Source: Bacteroidales bacterium (GTDB taxonomy: Bacteria > Bacteroidota > Bacteroidia > Bacteroidales > JAADGE01). Taken from it: DNA of 32,795 bases. The notes beneath the pieces were generated by a model. That model was not told where the DNA came from. It did not search any database and was given only the letters and a program-made list of their open reading frames with translations. Below, one piece after another: positions 32,746-32,795 of this stretch. The stretch covers positions 1 to 32,795 of the forward strand of contig JAOZMN010000001.1 in the NCBI GenBank assembly GCA_029934265.1, in the 5' to 3' direction. The stretch's first letter is position 1. Each line of letters starts with the position of its first letter. The position numbers and the translations under genes are program-made.

Positions 32746-32795
32746 GAGTTCGGTCTAAAAAGACCCTTAGGGTTTGATTTAACAAAAATTAACAA
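32746..32795 (-). mobile_element. Family A MITE-like element, copy 9 (inverted, truncated by the window end)
   Basis: GAGTTCGGTCTAAAAAGACCCTTAGGGTTTGATTTAACAAAAATTAACAA matches the right arm of the family read in reverse. Confidence 0.8.

Noticed and set aside
263-32795. Could the recurring AGACCCTTAGGGTTT-containing repeats be a CRISPR array?
   Set aside because: The repeat units are 131 bp, internally palindromic, kilobases apart, in both orientations, and separated by ordinary genes. There is no regular repeat-spacer periodicity and there are no cas genes.

Overview
This is an AT-rich chromosomal segment with Bacteroidota hallmarks: a FecR / STN-CarboxypepD_reg TonB-dependent receptor / DUF4249 trio, lipoprotein signal peptides, and non-ATG starts without clear Shine-Dalgarno sites. 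Most of it is housekeeping: dusB, nadB, nadC, groES, folK, rlmH, rpe, gmhB, carA, carB, fcl and a WbaP-type sugar transferase. It also carries a PsrABC-type molybdopterin oxidoreductase cluster joined to two half-size YeeE/YedE sulfur-transport proteins and two membrane-anchored rhodanese paralogues. No rRNA, tRNA, CRISPR array, transposase or integrase was recognised. Three things stand out. (1) At the window centre, a ~1.1 kb CpG-depleted two-gene cassette sits between carA and carB. It is an orphan ~138-151 aa ORF whose TGA stop overlaps (ATGA) an in-frame ATG of a divergent uracil-DNA-glycosylase-superfamily gene. This is my best candidate for an undescribed system, either a glycosylase-based defence or a toxin/immunity pair. 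(2) Both rhodanese paralogues in the sulfur cluster end in a low-complexity tether that finishes E-(D/E)-E-G-G-C-COOH. (3) The window is saturated with three families of short interspersed repeats. One is a 131-bp MITE-like element present in nine copies with 6-bp target-site duplications. It has rewritten the 3' end of rpe and overlaps the 3' end of fcl. All functional calls rest on motif recognition in the supplied translations; no database search was possible.
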